Below, piece after piece: positions 63,777 through 64,000 of a DNA stretch of 64,000 nucleotides (its first letter is position 1; the number at the start of each line of letters is the position of its first letter). The DNA is taken from contig JARRLN010000002.1 of NCBI GenBank assembly GCA_037386965.1, positions 11,443 to 75,442 of the forward strand, given 5' to 3'. The position numbers and the translations under genes were made by a program. Under the pieces are notes generated by a model. That model was not told the DNA's origin and ran no database searches. It saw only the letters and a list, made by a program, of their open reading frames with translations. The DNA is from Nitrospirota bacterium (GTDB lineage: Bacteria > Nitrospirota > Thermodesulfovibrionia > Thermodesulfovibrionales > JdFR-86).

Positions 63777-64000
63777 ATCAAGAGATGGCGTCCGGTAAGA
63801 AATCGATACAGCATCAATAATATACTAAAAACCGTTCCTTGAACAGGCCGGACGAAATCAGGGCATCCTTCCCGTCGATGAAAGCTGTTCCACGCTCGTC
63901 GTCCCCTTATGAAATACCCGATACAGGTTTGTGTCAAAGCCCTTCATTCGGTTATCTCCTCGTGAACCCTCCTTGACGGCCTTCGTTCTTTGGTGGAAGC

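Noticed and set aside
1-64000. Search by eye for CRISPR arrays, rRNA, tRNA, tmRNA, RNase P RNA and integrase/transposase genes
   Set aside because: I saw no regularly spaced direct repeats, no T-psi-C-type tRNA signatures in the few intergenic regions, and no recombinase-like ORFs. A computational scan (tRNAscan-SE, Infernal/Rfam, a CRISPR finder) would be needed to be definitive.

Overview
This is a GC-rich (roughly 65%), densely coding chromosomal segment from a diderm bacterium. lspA, HU, bacterial-type nuo genes and an outer-membrane beta-barrel support that; I cannot assign a lineage from sequence alone. The 5' end holds housekeeping genes: the ileS 3' end, lspA and ilvBN. The rest is dominated by respiratory and redox genes:
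- A remodelled cbb3-type oxidase cluster: ccoN, a fused ccoO-ccoP, ccoS, ccoI, a cupredoxin and small unannotated ORFs.
- A group 3b [NiFe]-hydrogenase operon.
- A 13-gene nuoA-N operon with fused nuoCD, abutting a Rieske / cytochrome b-diheme c complex.
- A five-gene multihaem / FeS / NrfD / cytochrome b membrane complex, followed by a two-component system whose sensor domain carries a CxxCH motif.
- A monohaem-cytochrome/beta-barrel fusion (Cyc2-like architecture) with a dihaem cytochrome c partner.

Other notable items:
- A GrdB-family selenoprotein with an in-frame UGA, a U-x-x-C motif and a SECIS-like hairpin.
- An archaeal/eukaryotic-type FEN1 next to a Lig1-type ATP-dependent ligase.
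- A 437-bp AT-rich segment bounded by inverted repeats, lying between convergent genes.
- A pair of paralogous small membrane proteins of unknown family.

I recognised no rRNA, tRNA or CRISPR array. All functional calls rest on motif and family recognition by eye; no database search was run.
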